A DNA stretch of 34,293 nt from an uncultured Chloroflexia bacterium (GTDB lineage Bacteria > Chloroflexota > UBA6077 > JACCZL01), in the NCBI GenBank assembly GCA_963765765.1, contig CAVXYC010000004.1:1-34293 (forward strand), given 5' to 3'. A program made the position numbers and the translations under genes. The notes under the pieces were generated by a model that did not search any database, had not been told where the DNA came from, and saw nothing but the letters and a program-made list of their open reading frames with translations. Numbering within the stretch: position 1 is the first letter of the stretch; the number at the start of each line of letters is the position of its first letter. Below are positions 12,131 through 22,370 of this stretch, piece after piece.

Positions 12131-12262
12131 AAGTGCAGCCTCTAAGTGGGTGTGCTGCGCGTGCCAATTCGTACTCGGTGCACGTGGCCATCTCCGAAGG
12201 GAATTCTTACGATGACTGCAATCTCGGGACTGGAATCCAGGTCTTCAGGAAGGGCGAAAGCC

Positions 12263-13070
12263 ATGCGCGTCAATGTTGGCTGCGAGCTGAGGTTTAGCTC
12301 GCCCGCGCCGGTGCCGCTCGTAGCTCAAGTGCTTCCGCGCACTGACGATGCACACGAGATTCTCCGCGAAGAGCGCTCGGCTGAACCGATCGATCAATCG
12401 CACGAATATCAGGATGCCTTCGGGAATCGCTGCTGGCGCATCCTGGCGCCAGCCGGTGACTTCTCGTTTCGCTACGATGCCGACGTGATGATCACCGGCC
12501 AGCCGGATCGGCGTGGTACCTGAGGCGATGCAGGTTCCAGTGGAGGACCTGCCGGACTCTCTCCTCGCCTGGACGCTCCCCAGCCGTTACATCCTCTCTG
12601 ATGTGCTGGGCAGCACGGTCTGGGATCTCTTTGGCTCAACGCCCCCCGGATGGGGCCGCGTGCAGGCGATTTGCGATTGGATCCATCAGCACATCCAGTT
12701 CCGAGCCGCCAGCACCACCCCCGCTACCACAAGCCTGGATGTGTATCATCAGCGCTACGGCGTTTGCCGAGATTTCGCCCACCTGGGTGTCACCATGTGC
12801 CGCGCTCTCAATATTCCCGCGCGCTACGTCTTTGGCTACCTTCCAGACATCGGCATTGAGCCGCCGGATGTACCCATGGACTTCCATTCCTGGTTCGAGG
12901 CTTATCTGGGCGGGCAGTGGTACACGTTTGATGCGCGACACAATGAGCCGCGCATTGGACGTATTCCGATCGGCCGCGGACGCGATGCGCTCGATGTCGC
13001 CATCGTCACCCAGTATGGCGCCAGCACGCTTGCGGGTATCAGCGTCTGGTCGGATGCACTCGACGCTTAG
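12263..13070 (+). CDS. Transglutaminase-like family protein (frameshift near 12510)
   Basis: YQDAFGNRCWR N-domain; triad motifs GVCRDFAHL, DFHSWFEAY, WYTFDA; IGRGRDALDV. Confidence 0.88.
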
Positions 13071-13089
13071 CCAGGGAATACAGGGCTCG

Positions 13090-13994
13090 GTCGTTGACAG
13101 CCTTGAAACTCCCGCCACACTGCTTGACCATGCCATCGTGGATTGGGACCGAGTACGGCGCACCAGTTACCTGGTGGACCAGGTGCTGCGCTACGAATAT
13201 CCCGGGCCCGTGGAAAATCTGCATCAGCGTCTAGTGGTTTTCCCCACGATCGATACGGACAACAGCGGCTTCTGAATCGCCACCTACAAGTGAGCGGTCC
13301 TCAACCGAGGCTTCAAGAAGAGCTCGATCAGTTCGGAAACCGTGTTTGCCATCTGTTGGTGCCGCGGACCGAGCGGGTTATCGAATTTGAGGTCCGTTTT
13401 CTGGTGGAGCTCAATCGCGCTGCACGTCCACTTTCGCCGGCAAACATGAAGGACCCGGAGTACCTGGAGCCGACGGCTCTCACGATGCCTGACGGACACC
13501 TGAAAGAAGTCGCGACCCAGCTCGCCGGTTCTGGGCATCGCCCTGGACCTCCCGAACCGGATCAATGATTGGGTCAGGCAAACCATCGAGTACAAGAAGG
13601 ATGTGACCGGCGTGAAGACCACGGCGGCGGAGGCACTTTCGCTTCGCGCGGTGTGTGCCAGGACTACTCCCACATCATGATCAGCATCTGTCGGCTCCTT
13701 GAGATCCCGGCCCGCTACATATCCGGTCATCTCCTGGGCGAGGGCGCGACGCATGCCTGGGTAGAGGTGCTCGCGCCTGATCCCGTTCATCGTGATCGAT
13801 TCAGCATCCAGGCCTTCGATCCGACTAACGGTCGCCGGTGTCGCGCCGATGCGATAACGGTGGCAGTGGGACGCGACTATTCGGACGTATCGCCCACCTC
13901 CGGAACGTTCGCGGCGCCCTACGGCGGGTTCCTCTCCAGCCGCAAAGCGGCCGGCATCATTGAGCTAGAGTACTTCGAGCCGGAAGCTGCCTAG
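13090..13994 (+). CDS. Second transglutaminase-like protein (about 3 frameshifts; start uncertain)
   Basis: LRYEYPGPV, DQFGNRV, EYKKDVTGVKTTAAEAL, GVCQDYSH, ATHAWVEV, FDPTN, VAVGRDYSDVSP across frames. Confidence 0.8.
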
Positions 13995-14109
13995 TTCTCC
14001 GCGGAACAGTCACTGGTGGCGCTCCTTCCTACTGCCTCTGAGTCAGGCGGCACGGTCAGCCCCAGTCCAACTACCATTCCCGGTATCAACTCGGAGCGGG
14101 AGTTCTGCT

Positions 14110-14670
14110 ATGCCGCGTATCCGTCCCATTACTGTTGACGAAGCCGAACCGCAAGTTCGAGCCGCGATGGAGCGCAACCTTGAAGCGTTTGGACGCGTCC
14201 TCCCGAGCACCGAGGTCTACGGGCACGCTCCCAGAGTGCAAGAAGGCGCTCGCGCCCTTGACGCGGGAATCACCGCCGCCGGCCGAATCTCACCCGAGCT
14301 TCGATCATTGATGAATGTACGCGTGGCCGCCACGGTCGGCTGCCCATTTTGAATGGATAGTAATGCTGCCGGGAGCAGCAGAAACGGTGCGTCCGACGAG
14401 AAGATCGCCGCCGTCTACGAATACGAGAAAAGCGATCTCTTTACGCCGGCCGAGCGCGTGGCGCTGGAGCTGGCCGACGCCATGACGGAGACGCCACCAA
14501 ACGTGACCGATGAGCTCTTCGCCCGCCTCCAGGAGCACTACAACGAAGCCGAGCTTGTGGAGCTCGCCGCCATCGTCGCGCAGGAGAACTTCCGCTCTCG
14601 ATTCAACACGACATTCAGGGTTGAAAGCGCGGGCATGTATTGTCCCGTTCCGCCAGCGTCGAGCGGCTAA
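14110..14670 (+). CDS. Carboxymuconolactone decarboxylase / AhpD-like protein, candidate selenoprotein (Sec at codon 81, CxxU)
   Basis: ORFs 14110-14352 and 14353-14670 are in one frame, separated only by TGA 14350-14352 in VAATVG-C-P-F-U-MDSN; joined 186-aa protein has FTPAERVALELADAMT...VTDELFARLQEHYNEAELVEL...ENFRSRFN. Confidence 0.85.
14364..14380 (+). promoter_or_regulatory. Candidate bacterial SECIS hairpin
   Basis: 6-bp stem UGCUGC / GCAGCA with loop CGGGA; 17 nt between UGA and loop; G at loop position 2. Confidence 0.65.
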
Positions 14671-15029
14671 TTGCGTGTGGTGAGATTGAACATGGACATG
14701 AGGTCCATAATTCAGTCTCACCACGAACCTATCTGCTGCCTCGGGGCTAGAATTGGAATCCCAGACAGGTTCCAGTGACCAAGCTAGCCGATGAACGCGA
14801 TGCTTACTCAGTGCTGTGACTGTCGCCATGATTCGAGTTAGCAGACTTCCGCGGCGATCTCGCCAGCTCAGTGCGCAAACCGCGCACAGCACCCATAAGA
14901 ACGACGCGCGCCAGCGGCGAGCAACAGCACGTTCACCACAGGCGGCACGTCATTCGGCAGGTCGGAGAAGCCGGACGAACCAGATAGCGAATCCGATGAT
15001 GAACATAAGATTGGGCGTGCTCAGCAGCT

Positions 15030-15759
15030 TCAGGAGCCAGCCCTAGAAGCGCTTCCTCCCAGGTATATGTCCTGCACGCGATCATTTCGCAGGAGCTCCG
15101 CGCCTGTCCCGGACATGACCACGGACCCTGTCTCCATGACGTACACATGATCAGCCATCGCCAGGGCTGCTCGAGCGTTCTGCTCGACCAGCAGGATAGC
15201 CAGTTCACTGCCCTTGAGCTGCACGATCGTCTCGAAGATCATCGTCACAACCATCGGCGCAAGCCCAAGTGATGGCTCATCCAGGAGCAGGACTCGAGGT
15301 CGCGCCATTAAGGCGCGTCCGATGGCCAGCATCTGTTGCTCGCCGCCACTGAGCGTGCCGGCTTAGCTGAGCGGCTCGCTCTCGCAGTCTGGGAAAGAGC
15401 GTCATAACTCGATCCAAGTCGGCCGCTCGATCGCCCGCGCGTTGTGACGAGGCAATCGCGCCCAGATCCAGGTTGTCGCGCACCGTGAGTCCGCCAAAGA
15501 CCTGACGCCCCTCTGGCACGTGCGCAACACCCAGCCGAACGATCTCATGCACGGAACGACGAGTTAGATCATCATCATCCAAAGCGATCGTTCCGGAGCT
15601 GGCCCGCAGGACGCCCGAAATCGTTCGAAGAAGCGTGGTCTTGCCAGCGCCATTGGCACCAATGAGCGCCACGATCTGCCCAACATCTACGCTGATGGAC
15701 ACGTCGCGCAACACCGTCAGCGGCCCGTAACCCGAGTGAAGCTGGCTAACTTGCAGCAA
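15030..15759 (-). CDS. livF: Branched-chain amino acid-type ABC transporter ATP-binding subunit (frameshift near 15360)
   Basis: [28 protein letters not shown] after correction, [19 protein letters not shown]. Confidence 0.9.
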
Positions 15760-17586
15760 CCGTGACTTCCTCGCCCAGATAAGCGCGGATGACCTCCGGA
15801 TGCTGACGGATTGCTTCAGGCGAGTCATCCGCCACGAGCTGACCGTAGTTGAGCACGGCGATCTCATCAGCGACGCGCATCACCAGGCGCATATCGTGCT
15901 CCACCAGCACCACAGTCAGCCCCTGCTCGCGCAGCCAGAGCAATAGATCGCCTAGTCGGTCTTTTCCGACTCATTCAGTCCAGCTGCCGGCTCGTCCAGC
16001 ATGACGATGGACGGTTCCAGCGACAGCGCGCGAGCGATCTCCAAGAGCCGACGCTCGCCAAACGGAAGAGTACTCGCCAACTGATCGGCACGCTGTCTAA
16101 GCCCCACCAGGTCTAGAAGCGCCATGGCCGACTCGTGAGCCGTCCGCTCCTCGACCGTACTCGAGGTGCCTTCACAAGATTGGCCAGCAACGATGAGGTA
16201 AAGAGGGCGTCGTGGCCGGTCAGCACGTTGTCCAACACGCTCAGCGACGTGAACAGCCTTGGCGTCTGATAAGTACGCACCAGCCCCAGCCGCGCCACCG
16301 CGTCCGACGCCAGGCCGATGACCTCGCGTCCATTCAGCAGGACCGAGCCTGAGTCCGCCGGCATGACACCCGAAAGGAGATTGAAGAGCGTGGTCTTGCC
16401 CGCGCCGTTGGGTCCGATCACAGCCTTGAGCCGCCCCGCGGCTACATCGAAAGATACGTCGCCTACCGCTTGGAGCCCCCCGAATCGTTTAGAGATGCCT
16501 CTGATGCTTAAAAGCGGCATCGTGCCCTCCGTCATCGAGCGCGGTACCCAGCTAAGTCGAGTCAGCGCTGATGTGCCAGCCCGCAGTGGCGAAGTAACAG
16601 CGGAGGTGCGCCCACGGGCCAGGAAATCCATGATGAACCCCGCAATGCCGCGCGGCATGAAGATCAGGATCAAGATGAAGATCAGGCCCTGGATGGCCAC
16701 GCGCCAGTCCTGGAAGATTCCCATGAGCTCCGGAAGAAAGCGCAGGACGACGGCGCCCACGATCGGCCCCCAGAGTGTTTCCACACCGCCCAGAAAGAGC
16801 ATGAGCACCATATCGAGCATCACCGGGATGTCGAAATTCGCGGGGGTGGGCACGCGCAGGTAGAGGCCGTAGATGCTCCCGGCCAGAGAGGCGTAGGACG
16901 CAGATAACATGAAGAGCTGCACCTTGCGTCGTGGGACCGGAATTCCGAGCGTATTCGCGGCCTGTTCGTCGGTGGCAATCGCACGAATGGACCGGCCGTA
17001 GCGTGATTCGATGTAGTTGCGACCCACAATCAATCCTGCCAACAGCATGAGTACGGCCAGCCAGTAATACTGAAGGTCAGATGAGATAGGAACGCCCGGC
17101 AATAGTGGGTCGGGGAATGCCTTGAAGTCCGGACCACCCGCCGGTCACCTCGGGAAATCCCGCGATGACGTGGACCACTATGACGGCGAACCCCAGCGTT
17201 GCCACGGCGAAGTAGTACTCCTTGAGTCGAAGAGTGGCCAGGCCAATAATCAGTGCCAGAAGGAGACTCACTCCAAGAGCAATGATGATCCCCAGCAGTA
17301 AGGGAACCTGGAGGCGAACCGCGAGAATGCCCATCACGTACGTGCCCACGGCGAAGAAGCCAGTGTGTCCAAAGGTGGGCAGGCCACCGTAGCCCATGAT
17401 CAAATCGAGGCTGACTGCCACGATGCTGAAAAAGGCCACCGTGACGAAGACGTTCATTACGTATGTCTGCCCGAAGAGCAGCGCTGGAATGGAAGCGATG
17501 ACGATGAACGTGACCATCCAGTGCCAGCCGTCGAAAAGAAGCGCGCGAACGTCGATGTCGCGAGCTTGCCAGGGCAAGGCCGACAT
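15746..17586 (-). CDS. Fused LivM permease / LivG ATP-binding subunit (about 3 frameshifts)
   Basis: SLDLIMGYGG, LRLKEYYFAVATLGF, GRSIRAIATDE, then in frame [41 protein letters not shown]. Confidence 0.85.
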
Positions 17587-18458
17587 CAGTGCTGCTCGCG
17601 CCGCCCGAAGATGCCCTGCGGCCAGAGGTACAGCACCACGATCAAGACGAGGAACGCGACGGCGTCCTTCATGGCGGATGAGACGAAGACAGTGCTGAAC
17701 GATTCAATGAGGCCCAGCAGGATAGCCCCCGCCACAACGCCGGACACGCGCTCCAGGCCGCCAATGATGGCCCCGGTGAAGCCCTTCATCGCCAACAAGA
17801 AGCCACCCTGAAAGTCCATGGTGGTGATGGGAGTTATCAGCACTCCTGCCAGGCCGCCGATCGCCGCGGAAAGGAGAAACGAAAGCCTCACCATCTTGCC
17901 AACGTCGATCCCCACCAGTCCAGCAGCGTGTGGGTTCTCAGCACAGGCGCGCAACGCTTTGCCCCAGATAGTCTTATTCAGGAAGAGCGAAAGCAGCGCG
18001 ACGGTGGCCGCCGTACCGGCCATTATCCAGACGACTTGCGGTAGAAGCGAGGCGCCGGCGATCTCCAGGGGCTGACCACCCGAGAACGGCGCCAGCGGCA
18101 GCGCATCTTTTCCCCAGATCACCATCGCGACGCCGCGGAACAATGCCGAGGCGCCGAGCGTGATGAGGATGAGCACGAATGGGGGCTGGCTGCGCACTGG
18201 GGTCACCATGAATCGCTCGAAGGCGACGCCAATTAATCCACTCAGCACGACGGCGATCACCACGGCTGCCGCGAGCGGCAGCTTAAACGTCGCCACCCCG
18301 CTAACGGCTAGTAGTGCGCCGATCATGACAAGCTCACCATGCGCAAAGTTGATGACCGTCGTGGATCGGTACACCAACGTGAATCCCAGAGCGATCATCG
18401 CGTAGATGCTTCCCGCGGTCAGACCGCCGAAGAACGCCTGAAGGTAGAGGGGATCCAT
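17586..18458 (-). CDS. livH: Branched-chain amino acid-type ABC transporter permease
   Basis: GSIYAMIALGFTLVY, INFAHGE, GKALRACAEN, KGFTGAIIGG, PQGIFG. Confidence 0.93.
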   Translation of the reverse strand: MDPLYLQAFFGGLTAGSIYAMIALGFTLVYRSTTVINFAHGELVMIGALLAVSGVATFKLPLAAAVVIAVVLSGLIGVAFERFMVTPVRSQPPFVLILITLGASALFRGVAMVIWGKDALPLAPFSGGQPLEIAGASLLPQVVWIMAGTAATVALLSLFLNKTIWGKALRACAENPHAAGLVGIDVGKMVRLSFLLSAAIGGLAGVLITPITTMDFQGGFLLAMKGFTGAIIGGLERVSGVVAGAILLGLIESFSTVFVSSAMKDAVAFLVLIVVLYLWPQGIFGRREQH

Positions 18459-18464
18459 GTTCAG

Positions 18465-18551
18465 AGAGGTCAGAGGTCAGAGGCTAGAGGTCAGGCACGG
18501 GATTCGACGTCGCTGACTGCCCTGACGTCTAGCCTCTGACCTCTGACCTCT
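18465..18551. repeat. 31-bp inverted repeat built from AGAGGTC heptamers filling the SBP-livH gap
   Basis: AGAGGTCAGAGGTCAGAGGCTAGAGGTCAGG (18465-18495) matches the reverse complement of 18521-18551 at 30/31 positions. Confidence 0.9.
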
Positions 18552-18553
18552 CG

Positions 18554-19738
18554 TCACTTCTTCAGGACGAACTTCTTGTTGGCGGCATCCACGCCCATAA
18601 GGATCCAATCGGCTTCCATACCATTGTGGTCCTGGGCACTGCGATTGATCGTCCCGGTGAGCGTCCTCAACCCCTTCTGATTTTCCAGCGTCTCGCGAAT
18701 TTTCTCGCGATCTGTGCCAGCGACCTTTATAGCTTCCGTGAGCGAAAGCATCATGTCCCAGCCGACGTTGGACACAAGCGTCGCCGGGCGACTGGTCCTG
18801 GTGGTGAACTTGGTAGCGAAGTCCGTGAGTGGAGCCTTACTGCTATCGCTGTCCGGCAAGTCCTGATAGATAAAGACCTTGGTGCCAATGACGTTCGTCG
18901 CATCCGCCGCCTCGGCCACGAGATCGATGAAGGCCGCGTTGGCGTTCTGAGCGGTGACGATCAGCACACCCGGGTAGTTGATCTGCTTGAAGTTTCTGGC
19001 GGCCAACGCAGCCTGCTGCCCGGTCATCGGGTTGAGCACCATCTCCGCCCCGGCGGCGCGAATCTTCGCCAGCACCGGCGTTAAGTCTGTGTCGCTCGGC
19101 TGGACCTGCTCATAGGCCACCATCTGCATGAGCTTCTCGAAGTCCGGCGTAGTCGTGCGCCTCGTGGACTCGGCTAATGGCCCCGCCTGCACGATGACAC
19201 CGAACTTCGTCAAGTTTCGCTGTTTAACGAAGTCAAGCGCGACCACGCCCTGCCCGGTGATGGGGAACAGCGAGAACAGGTACGGATTCAGTGGGCCGAA
19301 ATCGCCAATGGCGCTGACGTCGGGTACCTTACTCTCAAGGAAAATCGGCGCTGTGGACGCCGAGACAATGGCAGAAGACGGCCCGATTGAAGCAAGAACG
19401 TTCTCCTGCTGAATGAGCTTTTTGGCAGCGCTGACAGCGTTTTCTGGCTTGGACTCATCGTCGATATGGATGAGCTGAATTTGCCGCCCGTTGATCCCGC
19501 CTTTCCCGTTGATGTCCTCGACGAACATCTGAGCGCCCACGAGCTCATCAGTCCCGAGCCCGGCTATTGCTCCCGTGGTCGAGAGAATTGCCCCAATCTT
19601 TATCGGCTCATTACCGCCGCCACCGGTAGACGAGGGTGCGCACGCCACCGTCAATGCGAGCAGCAGCACGGCCGACGCGGTCATCACTTGGCGAATCCTC
19701 GCCAGTCGATCGAATGGGCGTGAATGAAGCGCTGGCAT
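18554..19738 (-). CDS. LivK/LivJ-like ABC substrate-binding lipoprotein
   Basis: Lipobox-like LTVAC; PIKIGAILSTTG, INGKGGINGRQIQL..DDESKP, DTDLTPVLAKIR; heads the liv operon. Confidence 0.9.
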   Translation of the reverse strand: MPALHSRPFDRLARIRQVMTASAVLLLALTVACAPSSTGGGGNEPIKIGAILSTTGAIAGLGTDELVGAQMFVEDINGKGGINGRQIQLIHIDDESKPENAVSAAKKLIQQENVLASIGPSSAIVSASTAPIFLESKVPDVSAIGDFGPLNPYLFSLFPITGQGVVALDFVKQRNLTKFGVIVQAGPLAESTRRTTTPDFEKLMQMVAYEQVQPSDTDLTPVLAKIRAAGAEMVLNPMTGQQAALAARNFKQINYPGVLIVTAQNANAAFIDLVAEAADATNVIGTKVFIYQDLPDSDSSKAPLTDFATKFTTRTSRPATLVSNVGWDMMLSLTEAIKVAGTDREKIRETLENQKGLRTLTGTINRSAQDHNGMEADWILMGVDAANKKFVLKK

Positions 19739-19946
19739 GCTGACTACCCCCGACGCTGCCTGGCCAGGCGGTGCATTTTGCGCTCGGTCACCAAGTCGGC
19801 GACTCTTCACCCCGGGCCGATGCCTAGTATATGCTGATAGCTCCCGAGCCGAGCCAACAATGCGCAGAGCGAGGGTCGGACGCACCAGATAATCCGAAGC
19901 AGCACGTGCATTTCCCGCGTTGCCGCGCTGTAAAGGAGTAAATGTC

Positions 19947-21062
19947 ATGGACCGGCGCAATCTTCGCATTGTGGACGCCGACGGCCACGTGGTCGAGGAT
20001 GACAGCGTTCTGGTGGATTTCCTGGAGGAGCCCTACCGTGCCAACAGCATGGTGACGCGCTTCCCGTTTTTCCCGACCCTCGACGGCATGCAACGAGGCG
20101 CAATCGCTGCCAGGCTTGGCATACGCAATGTCGATGTGTATCGTCCGTCTGCCTGGATTGACTTTCTCGATCAGGTGGGCATCGAGTCCACCGTGCTCTA
20201 CCCCACTGCGGGTTTGTCCTATTCACTCATTCAGGATCCGAGCTGGGCCACGTCGCTCGGACGAGCCTACAACCAGTGGTTCTACGAGACGCACTATCAA
20301 TTCAGCTCGCGGCTCCGTCAGGTTGCTCTCGTGCCACTGCAGGATGTGGCCGAGGCAGTCAAAGAGACGCGCCGTGCGGTCACCGAGCTGAATGCCGCGG
20401 GTATTTTGCTCCCCGCCACGGGTGGCGACCTCGGGGTACGCAGGCCGCTGGGGCACCAGGATTTCTGGCCCGTATACGAGGCCGCTCAGGACCTTAACGT
20501 GCCTGTGGCTGTCCACGGTGCGCCGGGCCAGGGGCTGGGTATGAATTTCTTCACTAACTTTGCCTCCATCCAATCGCTGGAGCATCCGCTACCGCTCATG
20601 GTTCAGCTCACCAGCATGGTGTTCGAGGGCGTCTTCGAGCGATTCCCACGATTACGTGTGGCATTCCTCGAAGCAGGTGTTGGCTGGGTGCCCTACATGA
20701 TGGATCGGCTGGATCGCTCTTATGAGATCTGGGCAGGTCGTGGCGAGACCGAATTTAGCGAGTGGGTCAAGAAGCGCCCCAGTGAATACATCACCAACGG
20801 CAATGTCTACTTCAGCGCTGAGGGAGATGAAGAGGGCATCGGGTATGCGATCAAGCGACTCGGTCCGGACGTGGTGCTGTACGCCAGCGATTTTCCTCAT
20901 GAGACGAACGCGGAGCGCGCGATTCACGAAATCGATGAGCTGCTGGAGCGCGAGAACGAGCTTCCCGAGGGGACGATACAGAAAATCCTCTCGGAGAACG
21001 TCGACCGATTCTACGGGATGCAAGCCCCGGCAGCGTCGGGCCAGGGCAAAACACGGGCCTAG
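19947..21062 (+). CDS. Amidohydrolase family protein (Amidohydro_2)
   Basis: AAGGAG RBS; IVDADGHVVE, PVAVHG, GVFERFPRLRVAFLEAGVGW, YASDFPH. Confidence 0.92.
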   Translation: MDRRNLRIVDADGHVVEDDSVLVDFLEEPYRANSMVTRFPFFPTLDGMQRGAIAARLGIRNVDVYRPSAWIDFLDQVGIESTVLYPTAGLSYSLIQDPSWATSLGRAYNQWFYETHYQFSSRLRQVALVPLQDVAEAVKETRRAVTELNAAGILLPATGGDLGVRRPLGHQDFWPVYEAAQDLNVPVAVHGAPGQGLGMNFFTNFASIQSLEHPLPLMVQLTSMVFEGVFERFPRLRVAFLEAGVGWVPYMMDRLDRSYEIWAGRGETEFSEWVKKRPSEYITNGNVYFSAEGDEEGIGYAIKRLGPDVVLYASDFPHETNAERAIHEIDELLERENELPEGTIQKILSENVDRFYGMQAPAASGQGKTRA

Positions 21063-21115
21063 ATTTCACAGTACGATTCCTTCAAGCTGAGCAAACGCTT
21101 CCAGGAGCAACGACA

Positions 21116-22210
21116 ATGGCGATAGCGAACAGCATGCGCATCATTGACGGCGACGGCCATGTTCTCGAGGACCTGAAGGCTATAGCCAGCTACCTCCCAG
21201 AGGAGTGGCACAACAACGTAACCACTCGGACTCTGGGCGTCTTCCCCGGTCTGGACCATATGCACAACGTGCTGGCGCACAATCCGCCGGGCGCGTTTGA
21301 AGACCCAAGTGCCGACGGCTGGTCTCGATTCGCGGACGCACTGGGTTTGGAAGCAGCGGTGCTCTATCCGACGGCGGCACTGGCTTACGGAAAAATGATC
21401 GATATCGATCTCGCCATTGCCGGGGCGCAGGCCTACAACAACTGGTTGAACGACACCTATTGCAAGCAAGATTCGCGACTGAAGGGCATTGGGCTGATCC
21501 CCATGCAGGACCCAGACGCCGCAATTGTTGAGCTTCGTCGTCTCGTGAACGAGCTGGGGTTCGTCGGTGGCTTTCTACCTTCAACGGGCCTCAAATCGCA
21601 CCTTGGCGACAAGATCTACTGGCCTATCTATGAGGAGGCGAACCGCTTGGGCTGCTGCCTTTCAGTGCACGGCGGTGCGCACAGTGGGATGGGGTTTGAT
21701 CAGCTCAACGTTTTTGCGGCGGTCCATGCGCTGGGACACCCCTACGGCATCGCTATCGCATTTGCCAGCATGACCATTAACAATGTGTTCGAGCGCTTCC
21801 CCAACGCCCGCTTCGGGTTCCTCGAGGGCGGAGTTGGCTGGTTCATCATGATGATGGAGCGGTTACAAGGCTCCTACAACGCCTTCATTCCGTACGATCC
21901 GCGCGGTGAGTTCATCCAGCTCCAGAACGGTGAGTCGGTTTCCGAGCATCTCATCCGGCAGATCAAGGCCGGCCGAGTCTACGTAGGCGTGGAGGGCGAT
22001 GAGCCGTCGCTCGCATGGGCAGTCAAGCAATTCGGTCGCGAGGCGTTTGTGTTCTCGTCTGACTTCCCACATGAGGTCAATATTGAGAGCTGCAAACACG
22101 AGATCGAGGAGCTCCTGGAGAATGACGAGCTGACCGACGAAGACAAGCAAGCGATCCTCTTCGACAACTCGATCCGGTTTTACGGTCTGAAAGTTCCGGC
22201 GAGGGCGTAA
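21116..22210 (+). CDS. Amidohydrolase family protein (Amidohydro_2), tandem paralogue
   Basis: AGGAG RBS; IIDGDGHVLE, LSVHGG, VFERFPNARFGFLEGGVGW, FSSDFPH. Confidence 0.92.
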   Translation: MAIANSMRIIDGDGHVLEDLKAIASYLPEEWHNNVTTRTLGVFPGLDHMHNVLAHNPPGAFEDPSADGWSRFADALGLEAAVLYPTAALAYGKMIDIDLAIAGAQAYNNWLNDTYCKQDSRLKGIGLIPMQDPDAAIVELRRLVNELGFVGGFLPSTGLKSHLGDKIYWPIYEEANRLGCCLSVHGGAHSGMGFDQLNVFAAVHALGHPYGIAIAFASMTINNVFERFPNARFGFLEGGVGWFIMMMERLQGSYNAFIPYDPRGEFIQLQNGESVSEHLIRQIKAGRVYVGVEGDEPSLAWAVKQFGREAFVFSSDFPHEVNIESCKHEIEELLENDELTDEDKQAILFDNSIRFYGLKVPARA

Positions 22211-22248
22211 GGGGAGTCGGCAGCCTTACGGGCCAACAATTTTTCGTA

Positions 22249-22319
22249 GTGGCTCCTTTTACGGACGTCATCCAAATGTCCCCGTTTCGACCGTAAGGTG
22301 GCTCCGTAAAAGGCGCCAT
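22249..22319. repeat. 17-bp imperfect inverted repeat in intergenic gap
   Basis: GTGGCTCCTTTTACGGA versus TCCGTAAAAGGCGCCAT (15/17 complementary). Confidence 0.6.
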
Positions 22320-22370
22320 CAAAGACTGGATCACTCTACCGCCGAGGAATCCGATATTTGGAGCCATCAA

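Noticed and set aside
14950-15042. Minus-strand hydrophobic reading [30 protein letters not shown] after livF
   Set aside because: Preceded by a stop, no RBS, too short to support; at most a relic.
15746-17586. LivM-LivG fusion as a novelty
   Set aside because: Fused permease/ATPase subunits are common in liv-type operons.
7590-18551. Heptamer arrays at 7590 and 18465 as possible CRISPR repeats
   Set aside because: Units are 7 nt, tandem and inverted, without spacers; no cas genes in the window.
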